A stretch of DNA of 64,000 nucleotides, from the NCBI RefSeq assembly GCF_963921235.1, contig NC_086097.1, positions 38,380,001 through 38,444,000 of the forward strand, written 5' to 3'. The notes under the pieces were generated by a model. The model made no database searches. It worked only from the letters and a program-made list of their open reading frames with translations, and was not told the origin of the DNA. The first letter of the stretch is position 1. Each line of letters opens with the position of its first letter. Below, one piece after another: positions 26,533 to 42,630 of the stretch. The DNA comes from Mobula hypostoma (taxonomy: Eukaryota). The position numbers and the translations under genes were made by a program.

Positions 26533-27917
26533 TGTAATTATGTTAGGTTGTTTAATATGGGGTAAGTCAGATAGCATTTACTGGAATACCATGCTGATTT
26601 GGGAGTTAAGCATATTTGAAATGCCTTATAAAAAGAAAGCAGATCTAAATCAAACTTGTAAAACTGTTGCCTTTAGTAAAATAGCTTAGGAGAGTTCCAT
26701 CTGCTGTCTGGAATTGATTTATTACATTCCGAAAATATCAGTAAATGCTTAAATGACAAAATAGCAAAAACACATGGAAATAGTTTTATAAAAGAACCCT
26801 TGTGTAATACTGTTTAATCTGTTCAATGTGACTGTACACTAATATTTCGGTCTGCTCTGAACTGGGGCTATCAACTGAGCCAGAGAGTTCTAAACTAGAG
26901 TCAGGGCAGGGCAAGATCTATGTCCTCATTCAAGGGGTGTGGGCTGGACCAGCCCTTAGTTGCCCATTCCTTGAGAAAGTAGTGATGACCGCTGTAATCC
27001 TTGAGGTGTGAATGCTATTAGAGGGAGAGTTTCAGGATTTTGACCCAGTGACGTTGAAGGAACAATGATTGGTTTCCGAGTCAGTATGGTGTTTGGCTTG
27101 AAAGGCAACTTCCAGCTGGTAGTGTTCCTGTGATTTTACTCCCTTTGTCCTTCCTGATGGTAGCATTCATGGTTGAGTGATGTTGAAGAGAGTGTTGCCA
27201 AACCAAGCGTAGATTAATTGTTACCTTTGAAGCAAGTCAATATTTAGCACACCTTCAAATCAAAATCAAAATCTGTGAATGCTAGAAATCTGAAATAAAA
27301 ACAGAAAATGTTGGAAACACTCAGCAAATCAAGTGACATGTATGGAAAGAGAAACAGTTCATCTTTGTGTGAAACCCCTTCAGAGCTTGGAAAAAGAAAA
27401 CAGGTCGATTTGCAGTTGGGAATGAGGCAACAGGACAATCTCTGACAGAATGGAGATAAGCCGGGCTTTGCTGATGGAGAGAGGGAAACTGAGTTAGTAT
27501 TACCGATGAATGATCTATGGCAGAACAGGCCTGCTCTGAGTTAACACTTTCACTCTGTGTTTGCTCTCTGAGTGTTTCTGGCATTTTGTTTTCATCCAAG
27601 AGTAGCATGATCTGTTTCTGTACGTTGTAATGAAGCTCCTGATGTTGAAGGCTGGTAGGCCTTCTTTCTCCACATTCCTCTAGCCTCCATCCAGAAAGGG
27701 TTTTGTTACACCAAACTCAAAATGTACACATTATTCCTGTTTTCTGAGACAAATAGCATTACTCAGTCATAAAGTTTCAGCTGATTTGGTGCTTCTAGTT
27801 GATAATTCAGCCCACTTACTCAGAAGTAGAAGTGTAGCTCAATTCTTCTTAAGGAATGTTGCTAATTCAGCTCTCTTGTAGCATTACGTACAAATACTCA
27901 TACATGTCAGCTTCACT

Positions 27918-28148
27918 GGGGGTGCTGTGATAGTGTAGCGGTTATTACAGCTCAGGGCATCAGAATTCAATTCCAACACTGTACGTCCTTCTGGATTTCT
28001 CTGGGTGCTCCGATTTCCTCCCACATTCTAAAGACGTACCTTTTGTCCCATGATTACCCTAAGTTTAAATAGAGGTGGGGTGCTGGGCACTGGGGCTTGT
28101 TGGGTCCGGAAGGGCCTGTTCCATGCTGTGTCTCTAAGTAAGATAAAA
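27918..28148 (+). mobile_element. tRNA-derived V-SINE (HE1-like)
   Basis: V-domain-like GGGTGCTCCGATTTCCTCCCACATTCTAAAGACG; related copies at 57555-57830 (+) and about 63110-63290 (-). Confidence 0.7.
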
Positions 28149-28622
28149 CTTCTAAACACTACATTGCGATTGTGGGGGAATTTATCATTTAGAAATAATG
28201 CAAATATTGGGGCCCTAATACATGAGTACTGAGCAGCCGTTTAAGGCTTTGGATTTAACTGAGCGTGCATGATTACTTGAGGATAAAACCAGAAGAACAG
28301 GAAAGCTTATGGCTATTGTTTGGCCAAGTTACCCGTATAATTCAATGTATTAAATCCTCTCAATGGATAAATGTCCAAACATCTAATTTAACTTCATAAA
28401 AAGGAATGGGAAAAAATTGAAAAATCATCATACTGAGGTACTCTTTTTCCGATTTTAAGTGTATTCTGGTACCTATGAAAGGCAGTTGTTATGAAATGCT
28501 GCTGAAGCAGCTGATTATTTTCACTCTACCTACTGGGGAATCTCTCCACTATTGCATGTTTCAACATTCAGCAAGTGGAAGTTAGAATTGTTTAAGAATT
28601 GTACTTTAAGGGGGTCTGATAA

Positions 28623-28949
<327 letters not shown>

Positions 28950-28999
28950 TAATGTTACTGAAACATGATAACAATTTCTTACCTATTTCTATTCCATAA

Positions 29000-29224
<225 letters not shown>

Positions 29225-30029
29225 TAAAATGTTGAATTACATGGTTTATGAATAATTATTAGAAATTATTTTGCTGCTTTCTAAAACTAAATGTACAGAA
29301 TAATTTAGAAATCTGTTCATGCTTGCGGTAGGCTTGTTTAATTTTGTTTCTTAAAATAACTATTGAACAATATAATTAGAATATTTCTCTGCATGTCATA
29401 GTTATCTTGACTTGTTTGGAACTTCTGTGTTTCCTTGGGAAAAAGAAAATTGATTTCTTTTGTGTGCATATTTCATATTGAGGTCACGAGACAGCAAATG
29501 CTGGAAATCTGGAGCAAATTTGTGTATTTCACATTGACATGCTGTTATTACAAAAGAAGTTCTTAATTATGCATCTTCTTAATTTCTAGACATTTAAATA
29601 AGTATCACACAGCTGAAACTGCTGCCACACCTGAAGAACTAAAACCTGTTTTAAACTCAAAAGCAAAATAATGCATATGTTGGAAATCAGAAGTAAAAAC
29701 AAGATGCTAAAAGTGCTGAGCAGATCAGCTAACATGAGTGGAGAGATAGTTAATGTTTCATCAGAATTAAAATAAGTCAGACATTAAATAAAGAATGGAA
29801 AATGGAAGGAAGGAAGAGGGATGTTCATCCATTCCAAGCCTGACCCCTATGTCTTTGAAAAATCTGAAAATAAATTTGAGGACCAGCTAATGGGCACAGT
29901 ACAGTCTTTGATTTTCAGCTCTAATTTCAACTATTCCATTTGCATCTCTTCAATGTTCATTCACTGCCTGTCACACTATCATTCCTCCTTGTCTTTTCCC
30001 AATATTCTATCATTAACTGCTCATGTACC

Positions 30030-30475
30030 GACTGGGTAGTCTCCAGCCCCTTGGTATGAACATAGAATTCTCCAACTTCTGGTAATTCCCTCCCCCTCCC
30101 TTCCCCTATCCCTATGTCACTCTGCCCCCTCCCCCAGCTGCCTACTACCTCCCTCATGGTTCCGCCTCCTTCTACTACCCATTGTGTTTTCCCCTATTCC
30201 TTCTTCACCTTTCCTGCCTATCCCCACCCTGCTTCCCCTCCCCCACCCCTTTATCTTTCCCCTTACTGGTTTTTCACCTGGAACCTACCAGCCTTCTCCT
30301 TCCCACCCTCCCCCACTTTCTTTATGGGCCCCTGCCCCTTCCCTCTTCAGTCCTGATGATCAGTCCAAAACGTTGACTGATCGTTTCCACGAATGCTGCC
30401 CGATCTGCTGAGTTCCTCCAGCTTGTTGTGAGTGTTACTTTGACCCCAGCATCTGCAGAATATTTTGTGTTTACT
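30030..30475 (+). mobile_element. Penelope-like 3' end with mutated hammerhead
   Basis: LGSLQPLGMNIEFSNF end of GIY-YIG; CAGTC-CTGATGA...AAAACGTTGACTG at 30348-30379. Confidence 0.75.
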
Positions 30476-30944
30476 GCTTGTCTTTCACCCTATCATATAT
30501 TTTTCTTTCTGTCTCCCTTTCTTGGCATCTGTTTGCTTTAAAACTGATGGAAGGTGATTGACCAAAGTTAAGGGTTTACTTCTCCACAGATGTGCTCAAC
30601 TTGGTACTTTTAGTATTAGTTCCTTTATTTCATTAAGGAGCTGGATGTGTTACAAAAGGCCAGGTTTTAAAACTTCTTACCCTCACTTCAGGATAATCCA
30701 CTTCTGCATTCGATAATTACACATTTAATGTCCATTTAATGTCCATTCGATAATTACACATTTAATTTACACATTTATTGAAAATTCTATAAAATTGTTC
30801 CATATCAAAATTCAGTCCTCCTCCATTTTTCTACCTATTTAAAAGGTTATGTCAAAAAAACTCATTAATTACTTGCAAGGTGGAAAAAAATCCTGATTTT
30901 AAAGTGCTTAATTGATTTTAAAAAAGCCGTGTTTCTTGTCATGA

Positions 30945-31130
<186 letters not shown>

Positions 31131-31324
31131 TGAGTAAAAGTATATTACTAATACACTGCTGCTATTCAGTCCAAGAGTGAGAATAATGGCCTTGTTTTAT
31201 ACTTGCAGTGACATTAAACATTTCCATTCTTCCTTTAAAATTACCAAAGGAAGTTGTTGTTTAACCCCTAAACCATAATCAGAAAAGGCTGATCTTCATG
31301 AGGTGCAGACAATGATTTTGTTTT

Positions 31325-32350
31325 CTTTTTTTTCTTTTCAAATCTTTTTTATTGTTACATTATACAGGAAAAATAACATGAGTACATTGAAGTAACAACA
31401 CTTACAATGTCTCAAAAAAGACATTATCTTAAAGATTGAAAAAAATTTTGTGATAACGAAAAAGACCTACTAGGCAGAAAAGTGAGAGAAAAAAAAGAAC
31501 CCATTAGGTGTACAACCCTGGAGTCATGCATCATACAAAAAGCTTCTAAAAATAAACATCAAACCGCCAGCAAGAAAAGAAAATATACTAAAAAATTTAC
31601 AATTAGATCATGGAAAAATTATATCAATTAACTCAAATGATAATAACGAGCAAATGAGCCCCATCTTTTCTCAAAATCAAATAAAGGTTCAAAGGTTCGA
31701 CTTCTAATTTTCTCCAAACTAAGACATAGCATCACTTGAGAGAACCATTGTGACAATGTGGGAGCTGATGTATCCTTCCACTTCAACAAAATGGCCATCC
31801 TAGCTATCAATGTAACAAATGCAATAACATGTTGGTCAGACACTGAAATACCATGAATATTTTGAGGAATTATTCCAAAAAGCGCAGTTAATTTATTAGG
31901 TTGTAATTTAATTTTAAGTGCTTTAGAAATTGTTGAAAAAGCTGACTTCCAGAACTGTTCCAATATAGAACAAGACCAAAACATATGTGTCAATGTAGCT
32001 ATCTCAGTTTTACATCTATCACAATGACTATCAACGTTAGAAAAGATTTTAGAAAGTCTCTCCTTTGTCAAATGATAATGATGTACAATTTTAAATTGAA
32101 TCAATGAATGGCTAGCACAAATTGAAGAAGAGTTAACCAACTTCAAAATCCGCATTCAATCCTCCATCACAAAAGTCAAATTAAGTTCCTTTTCCCAATC
32201 CTGTTTAATCTTAGATAAAGGACGCTTATCCCATTGTAACAATAAATTATAAATTCTTCCAATAGAACCCTTAATCAAAGGATTCATACTCATAATAGTA
32301 TCTAACAGGTCAGCCTCCAATATGTAAGGAAAATTACTTAAATATTTTTG
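31325..32350 (-). mobile_element. 5'-truncated L1-clade LINE (ORF2 C-terminus, 3'UTR, A-rich tail) with 12-bp TSD
   Basis: ORF2 CCHC region HCDRCKTEIATLTHMFWSC; ORFs 32156-32404 and 31628-32155 are in one frame split by one TGA; TSD TGATTTTGTTTT at 31313-31324 and 32351-32362. Confidence 0.92.
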
Positions 32351-32353
32351 TGA

Positions 32354-32527
<174 letters not shown>

Positions 32528-33625
32528 TAGCTTGAGAAAGCTGGAAGGACACATATGCGACTATATGGTGAGAGGGAGTTACGGCACAGATGAAAAATTT
32601 TCAAGGTTTTGTGCTCATAGTATTTTCAAAGCTAAAATGTCATGAAATAAATTCAGTATTTGTTCCTTGCTTTTCCCTTGTTCTTTAAGTCAAAGTGGAT
32701 TTCCTTCCTGAATTATCTTTCAGTACTTAATCTCATCCTACCCTCTTCCATTGTTCCCGTTCCTCTGATAATCTTTAAATTTTAAAGGATTTTGTTGAGC
32801 AAGAAAGAGTGCAGGAGTGGACAGGAAGTGTTAGGCTGGACTGAACAAGTCTATTTCCCTCTCAGTGAGATTAACAAATGCTTTCTCCCCAGGGGCCAAT
32901 TCCCCTTCTATGAGAGTTGTTTCCTTTTTAATGCGGACCGGGAACAGGCGAAGGGCTGCGAGAGAGAGGTTGGTGTTCAGTGGTTCCTTTATGAACCTGA
33001 ATGGCATTAAAATTTTCAACAGTTCAGTTGGGAGTCAGGGATTTCCCTCTTAGTGGATGAGGTATGTAACTGCTCATAGAAAGTAGGAATTGGTCCCTAA
33101 TTTATTCTTAATTGAAGTGATATATACAACTAGCACCTGAACATAAGAAAGCATCAGACCAATGTTGGTCTTGATGGAGGTAACGAGAAGGATAACTTCA
33201 ACTGAATAGGATTAAAGCCCAAGTTTTGTCTTCAAAAGGAAAAGGACAGTGTATGTCAGTCCTTTAGTAAGGAATGAACGATAGGTTTGCCTTCGGTTTG
33301 GGAGAATGGATCTTGTAGGTGGCTTTAAATTTCAAATAAGTAACGTGGCGTCATTTATTCTAGACCTATACCGAAGGAATATTTGTCCCTATCGAAGTGT
33401 TTAATCTCTACTGCCAGGAAAGATCAGAGTAGCAACGTTGTGGGAATGTCATAAACTCCAAATCACAATAGAAGTTTGCTGTGGTATATTTGAATTTTAT
33501 TACTACCCAATGTTCAAAGACTGGCATGTAAAGATTATACTAGGTACCTGGACATAACTTAAATATTCACTAATAAATTAATTCAAAGATAAGTGGTGAA
33601 ATTTTTTTAAAGCATACTTCATTAA

Positions 33626-33826
<201 letters not shown>

Positions 33827-34069
33827 TAATTAAAATGCAACTGAATGAGCAGTTTTTAAAATAGTTTTTAATTAGCTTATTTGGAATTCTGGAATCATGC
33901 CTTACCATCGCCCTACAAATGAGTCAGAAATCAATGAAATGATCAACCACAAGCCAGGTATAAAACCGGGAATGTTGCTCATACTATAAAGTTTCATCAT
34001 TTGAATTTGATTTATTTTTGGTTGAAAATGCTATTCCCAATCAAACAAATCCATAAAGCAACAACATAG

Positions 34070-35490
34070 AGAATCCAGTCTGGCATGGCTCCAGAGGACT
34101 GGAAAATTGCAAGTGCCACTCCACTCTTCAAGAAGGGATGGAGGCAGAAGAAAGGAAATTAGCCAGTTAGCCAGACCTCAGTGGTTGGGGAGATGCTAGA
34201 GTCAATTGTTAAGGATGTGGCTTTGGGGTACTTGAAGGGACATGGTTTTCTTAAGGAGAAATCTTGCTGGACAAATCTGTTGAAATTCTTTGGGGAAAAA
34301 AACAAGCAGCATAGACAAAGGAGAATCGGGCGGATGTTGTGTACTTGGATTTTCTGAAGGCCTTTGACAAGATGCCGCACATGATGCTTCTTAACAAGAG
34401 CCCATGGTATTACTGGAAAGACACATGCATGGAAAGAAGATTTGCTGATTGTCAGGAACTAAAGAATGGTAATAAAGGAGCCTTTTCTGGTTGGCTGCCA
34501 GTGACTAGTGGTGGTCAGAGGGAGTTGGAATTGGGAGTGCTTCCTTTTATGTTATATATCAGTGATTAGGATGAAGTCTTTGTGGCCAAGTTTGCGAACA
34601 ATGCACAGATAGGTGGAGTGGCAGGTAGTGTTGAGGAAGCAGGGTGTCTGCTGAAGAACTTAAAGACAGATTAGGGGAATGGGTGAAGAAGTGGCAGAAG
34701 TAATACATTGTCGGGAAGTGTATGGCTATGCACTTTGGTAGAAGAGTAAAAGTATAGACTATTTTCTAAATGGGGAAAACATTCAAAAACCTGAGGTGCC
34801 AAGCGACCTTGGGAATCCTTGTGCAGCATTCCCAGAAGGTTAACTTGTGGGTTGAGTCTGTGTTGAGGAAGGCAAATGCGATGTTAGTATTCATTTCAAG
34901 AGCACTAGAATATAAAAGCAAGGATGTTATGCTGAGGCTTTATAAGGCTTTGGTAAGGCCTCACTTGGGAGTACTGAGAGCAGTTTTACCCCCCCCCCCT
35001 ATCTAAGAAAGGATGTGCTGGCACTAGGGAAAATTCAAAGGAGGTTCACGAGAATGATTCCAGCAATGAAAAGGTTATTGTATGAGTAGTGTTTGATGGT
35101 TCTGAGCCTGTACTCACTGGAATTTAAAAGAATGAGGGAAGATCTCATTGAAATATTCGAATGTTGAAAGAGTGGATGTTTCATCTAGTGAGGGAACTTA
35201 GAACCAGAGGGAACAGCCTCAGAACATGGGGACAACCATTTAGAATGGGGTTGAGGAAGAATTTCTTTAGCTGAAGGGTGGTGAATCTATGGAATTTGTT
35301 GCCACAGGCAGTTGTGGAGGCCAGGTCATTGGATATAATTATGGCAGAGGTTGATAAGTTCTTGATTAGTCAGGGCATGAAAGGTTATGGGGAAAAGACA
35401 GGAGAATTGGTTTGAGAGGAAAAATGAATCGGCATGATGAAATGGAGAAAACTCAATGGGCCAAATGGCTCCTATGTCTTATGGTCTTGT
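34070..35490 (+). mobile_element. CR1 LINE RT and 3' end
   Basis: PEDWKIASATPLFKKG, VYLDFLKAFDKMPH, LYKALVRPHL, tail ctcctatgtcttatggtctt. Confidence 0.9.
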
Positions 35491-35692
35491 ATTGAATGCA
35501 AAAGATGTTCTGAGGAATTTGCAAACTAAAATCCATCCTTTTGGTACAAACTAGCTTTCAGCTGTTTAATTATTCCTTGGCTCAAAAGGATTCTCCCTCT
35601 CTACTGAAAGGGTTTGTATGTATTGCATTAATTACGGTAATAATTGACATGTTTTAACATGCATTTTAAACCCTAAGTTGTCCTCATTTTAA

Positions 35693-35914
<222 letters not shown>

Positions 35915-36407
35915 TAAAAACTTTAAACATAAAAATTTATATTTGTGCATTGCTTTTTCGTGAGTTCCGGGCATTCCTAAGCATTGTTGTATTAGAAAGG
36001 ATTTAACACTACACATCTCTGATCATCTGGCTCCTTCAAGATCTTAGTGACATTACTTTGTGTATTACTTCTATTAATATGTTAATTGTCGGGATCATTC
36101 TTGTGAACTTCTTCTGGACCCTCCCCAGTGCCAACACATCCCTTCTTTGATAAGGGGCCCAAAACCACTCACAGTAGTCCAAATGCAGTCTGACCAATGC
36201 CTTATAAAGCTACAGCATTACATTCTTGCCTTTATATTCTAGTCCTCTCAAAGTGAATGCTAACATTGCATTTCCCATGTTAGCAATCAACTACAAATCT
36301 GATCATGGTTTCAGATATTCATTTGAGTATTTAAGATGAGCAAACTTAAACATTTGGAAAAGAACATTATCTGCACCATATCTTCTTGAATGTATTTTGA
36401 TGATTAA

Positions 36408-36608
<201 letters not shown>

Positions 36609-37269
36609 TGATCATAGCATATTATAACATGCTGAAATCCTGCAAATAAATATATTTGGTAAAATTTAGAACTTTTTAAAAAAAAGACTTCAGTAGGACA
36701 TTTTTATCTTGGACTATATTAAATGCTTTTTCAAAATGAAATGCCTGTTATAAATTCAAATAATAATGTTTCCCAGTATAAATAAACTGGATTATTTCTA
36801 CTCTAGTAGGGGTGGCAAACCAACTGCATGCACAGACATTTTGTTGGCATAAGGCATGTAGTGCAGCCCCTCGATTCTTTAAACCTCACACACAGTGAAG
36901 ATACATAATCATTATCTGTACTGCCAAATGAAGCAGAAAATTATTTTTTTTAAAACAACCTGAGATCAGTGAGATGTTTTCACAGGAAATGTCTCATGCC
37001 AGCTTGACACCAGCTAGATGTAGGATGATACGTTTTGAATGCTCACAGACCTGGTTTATCAATCTATATCTGGATAGTGGAAATAGTTATTGATGAAACT
37101 GGTGTTTTATGCATGAATCTCAAAACAACCATATACAAACTGGATATAATATTTACCATCTTCAGTGCAACCAAAAAAAGCCTCATTGAGAGTAAAGTGT
37201 ATTTATTTCTATCTCCTTTGTTTATTTATACATGCGTGCATGTGTATGTGCTTAGCCCGCTACTCTTCT

Positions 37270-37925
37270 TTCTCTACACTCACAATTTTGTGTTAGGCAT
37301 AGTTCAAACACCATCTATAAATTTGCTAATGACACGACCATTGCTGGCAGAACTTTAGATGGTGATAATGAGGCGTGTAGGAGTGAAATAGATCTGCTGG
37401 TTGAATGGTGCTGCAGCAACAACCTTGTACTCAACGCTAGTAAGACCACGAGGATGATTGTGGACTTCAAGAAGGGAAAGTTGAGGCAACACACACTAGT
37501 CCTCATTGAGGGATCAGAGGTGGAAAGGGTGAGAGTTTCAAATTCCTGGGTGTCAACATCTGAGGATCTGTCATAGAGGCAACATTATAATATAATTACA
37601 AAGAAGGCACGATAGTGCCTATATTTCAGGAGTTTGAGGATAATTATATCACCAAAGACACTCGCAAATTTCTAGATGTACTTTGGAGGTATTCTAACAG
37701 GTTGGATCACTGTCTGGTGTGGAGGAGTCACTGCACAGTATTAGAAAACGTTGCAGAAAGTTGTACACTCTGTCAGCTCCATCATGGGCACTAGCCTCCC
37801 CAGCATTCAGGACACCTTCAAAAGGCGATGCCCCAAAAAGGCAGTATCCATCATTGTAATTTTTGATTATTATATACATACTGCCTCCGCAAAACCATAA
37901 ATTTCATGACATGCTACTGATTCTG
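37270..37925 (+). mobile_element. Rex1/Babar-type LINE RT C-terminal fragment
   Basis: IYKFANDTT, EIDLLVEWCCSNNLVLNASKTTRMIVDF, FKFLGVNI; similar relics at about 40940-41520 (+), 47835-48190 (+), 61330-62040 (-). Confidence 0.8.
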
Positions 37926-38366
37926 CGGTACAGTATCAATAGCATTCAGATATGTTATTTTTCAATTGTCTTTTTAAAAGATTAATATAATTTTGGACAT
38001 TTTCTAAAATACTTAATTTATTTCAATCTGTTATAAATAGTAAAACAATGAATACATGTAAATAAACAACAGGACATCAGTTTTCCTTAAAAAAAAGTCA
38101 ATAGTTATTGTTACTAATTCATTAATTAATGATATTCTCTGCTCAAAATTACCAATGCACACAAGAGAATATTTTAGAAAAATATCACCAATTTGTGCAC
38201 ACACTCTCAAAAAGGTTTGCCATTCCTGCTTGCAGTGCATGGATTAAGCAATTTTGTCAAAGTTAATCAGTCAAAAATGCTTGCTGTTATTTAGCATTCA
38301 AGTATATAAGGTAATATACTTAATCAGTTAAGTGCTATGAATTAAAGACAATTATTAATTTTCTAG

Positions 38367-38471
<105 letters not shown>

Positions 38472-39014
38472 TGAACTTTTTTCCCCTTCAGTTTGAACCT
38501 TCTTTCCTGGAGTTGAACACTGCATTTATTTGAGAGCAGCAATACACTGTGGCTTGAGACTTAAAACAATTTGACAAGGCCCATTTCAGCTCCTGTGTCC
38601 ACAATGGGGATGAAATGAGTCTTCTTACATTATCAATTTCAAATAATAAAGCCAATGAGAGAAGTTTATTTAAGTTCCAATTAGTAGCCAATTTCTCCAT
38701 CACATCAATCAAGTGTATTTTAAGCCCAGATACTTAGGATAAAATCCTTGATTATTTTTCAATGTATCTCACAAAAGTAATCTCCCATCCTACTTTCTCA
38801 TTTCACTTTCAAATAATATTCTCTACAGTTCTTATGCATTCATGTTTCAAGAATCCATACCATTTAATAACAATCTTAACCATGTTCTTCTTCCAGTGTA
38901 GAGCTAAGCTGTGCAAATTTCTTGCTACCATGATCTTCCTGCTCTGTATCTTCGATAGTTCCTGTGGTCTTTTCACTTAGAATTTGTTGTCCTGTTCCTA
39001 TCTGACATTGCTAA

Positions 39015-39350
<336 letters not shown>

Positions 39351-42301
39351 TAATTTTTTAAAAGAAAATTTACTTGCTATATATTTTTCTCCTCCTAAGC
39401 TTAATACAATTAACACTGTAAATGCAAAATTACAAGATCTACAGGAAGTGACCATGACTTCAAAATTACTAGGGTGAAGGGTAATTAGATTTAACTACAC
39501 TATAAACCAGCAATAGGCAAAGGAGGTAGTGACAGCTGGTTACCTCAGAAAATTGATTACTACATGTAAGTTAGTGTGGAATATAGTATTTTTGAAAAAC
39601 TGATTGACAAACAATACTTATTCACATTCCTACTGTTGTAAACTGGTGAACCAAAAGTGGAATATCATTAGTTGCTTATTTTTAAAAACAACTGACACTG
39701 ACATTAATCAAATATTTTAATAGGCACATAATTTAAATTTAGGTAGGTATTAACAAATTAGAAAACAATGTTAAATTGGAATTGCAACGTGAAAGTAAAC
39801 ATCCACACCACTAGGTTCGGTAACAGTTATTGCTCTTCAACCAGAGGGCATAACTTCACTCAACCAATATTCAATTGATTCCACAACCTATGTACTCAGT
39901 TTCAAGGAGTCTACGACTCATATTGTCGATATTTATTGCTTTCATTTCTCTTTTTGTGTTTGAATAGTTTGTCGTCTTTTGCACAGTGGTTGCTTGTCCA
40001 CCTTTGTGTTTCTTTGTATTACTGTGAGTGCCGCAAAAAAAATCTCAGTACTACATGATGATGTTATACAGTATGTACTTTGATAATAAATTTACTTTGA
40101 ACTTAATGGCTAAAAATGATCATTTCTGATCAGTGCAAATTTGTGGGAGATAAGTTAGAATTTTCTTCAAATTATTTTGGGCTCATTCTTGAGGAATGGG
40201 GTACTGAAATTGTTCTGTCCTATATTTTTTGTGTTCTACTAGCTTTAAAAAAGTACCTCTTATTCATAATGTTCGCATGGTAGATCACAGGAGTTTAAGC
40301 ATGGTGATTTTCATTAAACCTAAGGACACATGAAGGCAAAGTGCCAGAATTATGTCTCAAACAGTTAGGTACTTCATCTAATAACTCTGTACATTCTATA
40401 ATGTTTCCATTAAAGTATTAGCTAAGATATCAAAGTTAACTAGTCTCTCAAAGTTTAAAAAAATTAAGATCTTCATATAAGCACTGCTATGTTTCCTACA
40501 TCACAACAGTCTCAACCCTTAAAGTTTTTCATGGTTCTAATAGGGCTTTATTGACAAACACATCAGTCCCTATACAGATATATTGAAATGTATCCCTGTA
40601 CAGAGACACGTTTGTTCATTTTACTTCAACTACAAAAGCAACACAAGTCATTACATCTATCAATTGGGCTTAAGATCGCTGTTTCATTCTCCGGTCATCT
40701 ACAAACTGTCTTGAATGTTTCATCCCGCACTCCTCCTCCCATAAGTTTAAGTAACTTGTGTCTTTGTCGCTGTTTGAGCCATCCACTTGGCTGGCTCTGC
40801 CACCTTTCCTCCTGTCATCATGCCAAATTTCATTCTATTTTGTTTTTGACAACAACCTGTCCCAGAAAGTCAGCATAACTTCAGGAAGGGGGCGGGGGGG
40901 CGCAGTGCAATGTTTCTCTGAGCAAACATCACCACTAGCCTCTCCTGATCTAACCATGTTGATGCCATGCCAGGAAAGCTTACCAGCACCTCTACTTGCT
41001 CAGGAGCTAAGTAAATTTGGCATGCCCCTTTTGACCCTCACCAGTTTTTAACAATGCACCACAGAATACCTGGCATGGCAACTGTTCTGCTGTAACTACA
41101 AGAAACTGCATATGTTATAAATACAGATCAGCACATCACAGAAACTGGCCTCCTCTCCATAGACTCTATCTATAATTCTTCTTGCCTTGATAAAACAACC
41201 CGTAAAGAATCAAAGACCCCACTCGTCACCCCCAACGATAAGACACAAATACCTGAAAACACATCCCACCAGGCTCAAGAACAGCTTCCATCCCAATGTT
41301 ATAAGATTATTGAATGATTACCTCATACGATAAAATGGGCTCTTTGACCTTGTACCTTATTGTCTAGTTGCACTGCACTTTCTCTAACTGTAACACTTTA
41401 TTCTACATGCTCATTGTTTTACCTTGTACTATTTCAATGCACTGTTGTAATGAACTGATCTGTATGAATAGTATGCAAGTTTATCACTATACATTGGTGC
41501 ATGTGACGAGAATAAACCAATTCACCAAATATTTTGCTTTGACACCGTGTCCATAACACATTCGATTTTTCCCTACATTTTAAATGTAAATAAATATTCA
41601 TCATCACCAAAACTCTGTATTTGAACATACTAGTCAACATCTTACACGAGTATAACCACCCTATTTAATAATTATCTCCACAGCTTCTCCTGTAGTTAAC
41701 CACATCACCCACTTACAAAGCCTTAACATCCAGCATGGACATTTCCTTTGCATAGCTTCCCTATTTAATTCCACAGGAGGGTCCATAACACCGGGTCTCT
41801 TGTTCCCTGCATTATCTTCAATTTATATTGTAGGCTCCCTCCTTTATATTACAACTCTGATTGAGGATAATTCTATTTGTATATATTTACAGCAATTACG
41901 CCTAGTTCACCACCAGAGTTTTTAAACTTCACTGGTGTGTGCCACTTGGCACTTGATTCTACTGCCTGCCAATTTTTAGAGCTTTAAAACTTGAAATTAC
42001 AAAAGGTATTCCTTCAACAATAAAATAAGCAGATCACCAGGTTTCATACAATTAGCAACTCAAACTTTCAACACATTAAACATATTAAAAATAAAACTGC
42101 TTTGGCAATGGTGGTGGAGGGGGAATAGAAGTAGTAAATTATTTTGTATCCATCATAGACTCCGTATAAAGAGACACAAATGTGTCATCCTTCTCAATCT
42201 TAGTACTTTATACAACCTCAAACTTCTCATACAACCTTTTCATCTGAATCAGCTTGTCTGCTTCTCTCACGCACTTTTAGACTTGCCTATTGAATTCATG
42301 A

Positions 42302-42457
<156 letters not shown>

Positions 42458-42605
42458 TGACTATGAAGTTGTTTTTTCTTAGAATAATATTTGTATATGT
42501 AGCCAGTAAACAAAAAGTAATTTCCACTTGTGTAAGCAGCAAAATTACACCTCCAGCATTTACAATTCAATAAATAACTTTATTTTCTCTCCCTTCTGAT
42601 TCAAG

Positions 42606-42630
42606 TGTGTTTGTCTGGAAGTGTCTATGA
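42606..42630 (+). CDS. EML5: EML5 last coding exon (VFVWKCL-stop)
   Basis: Pyrimidine tract plus tcaag acceptor; TGA at 42628-42630. Confidence 0.92.

Noticed and set aside
31628..32155. Longest ORF (175 aa) as an independent gene
   Set aside because: It is the C-terminus of a 5'-truncated L1 ORF2 with TSD and A-rich tail
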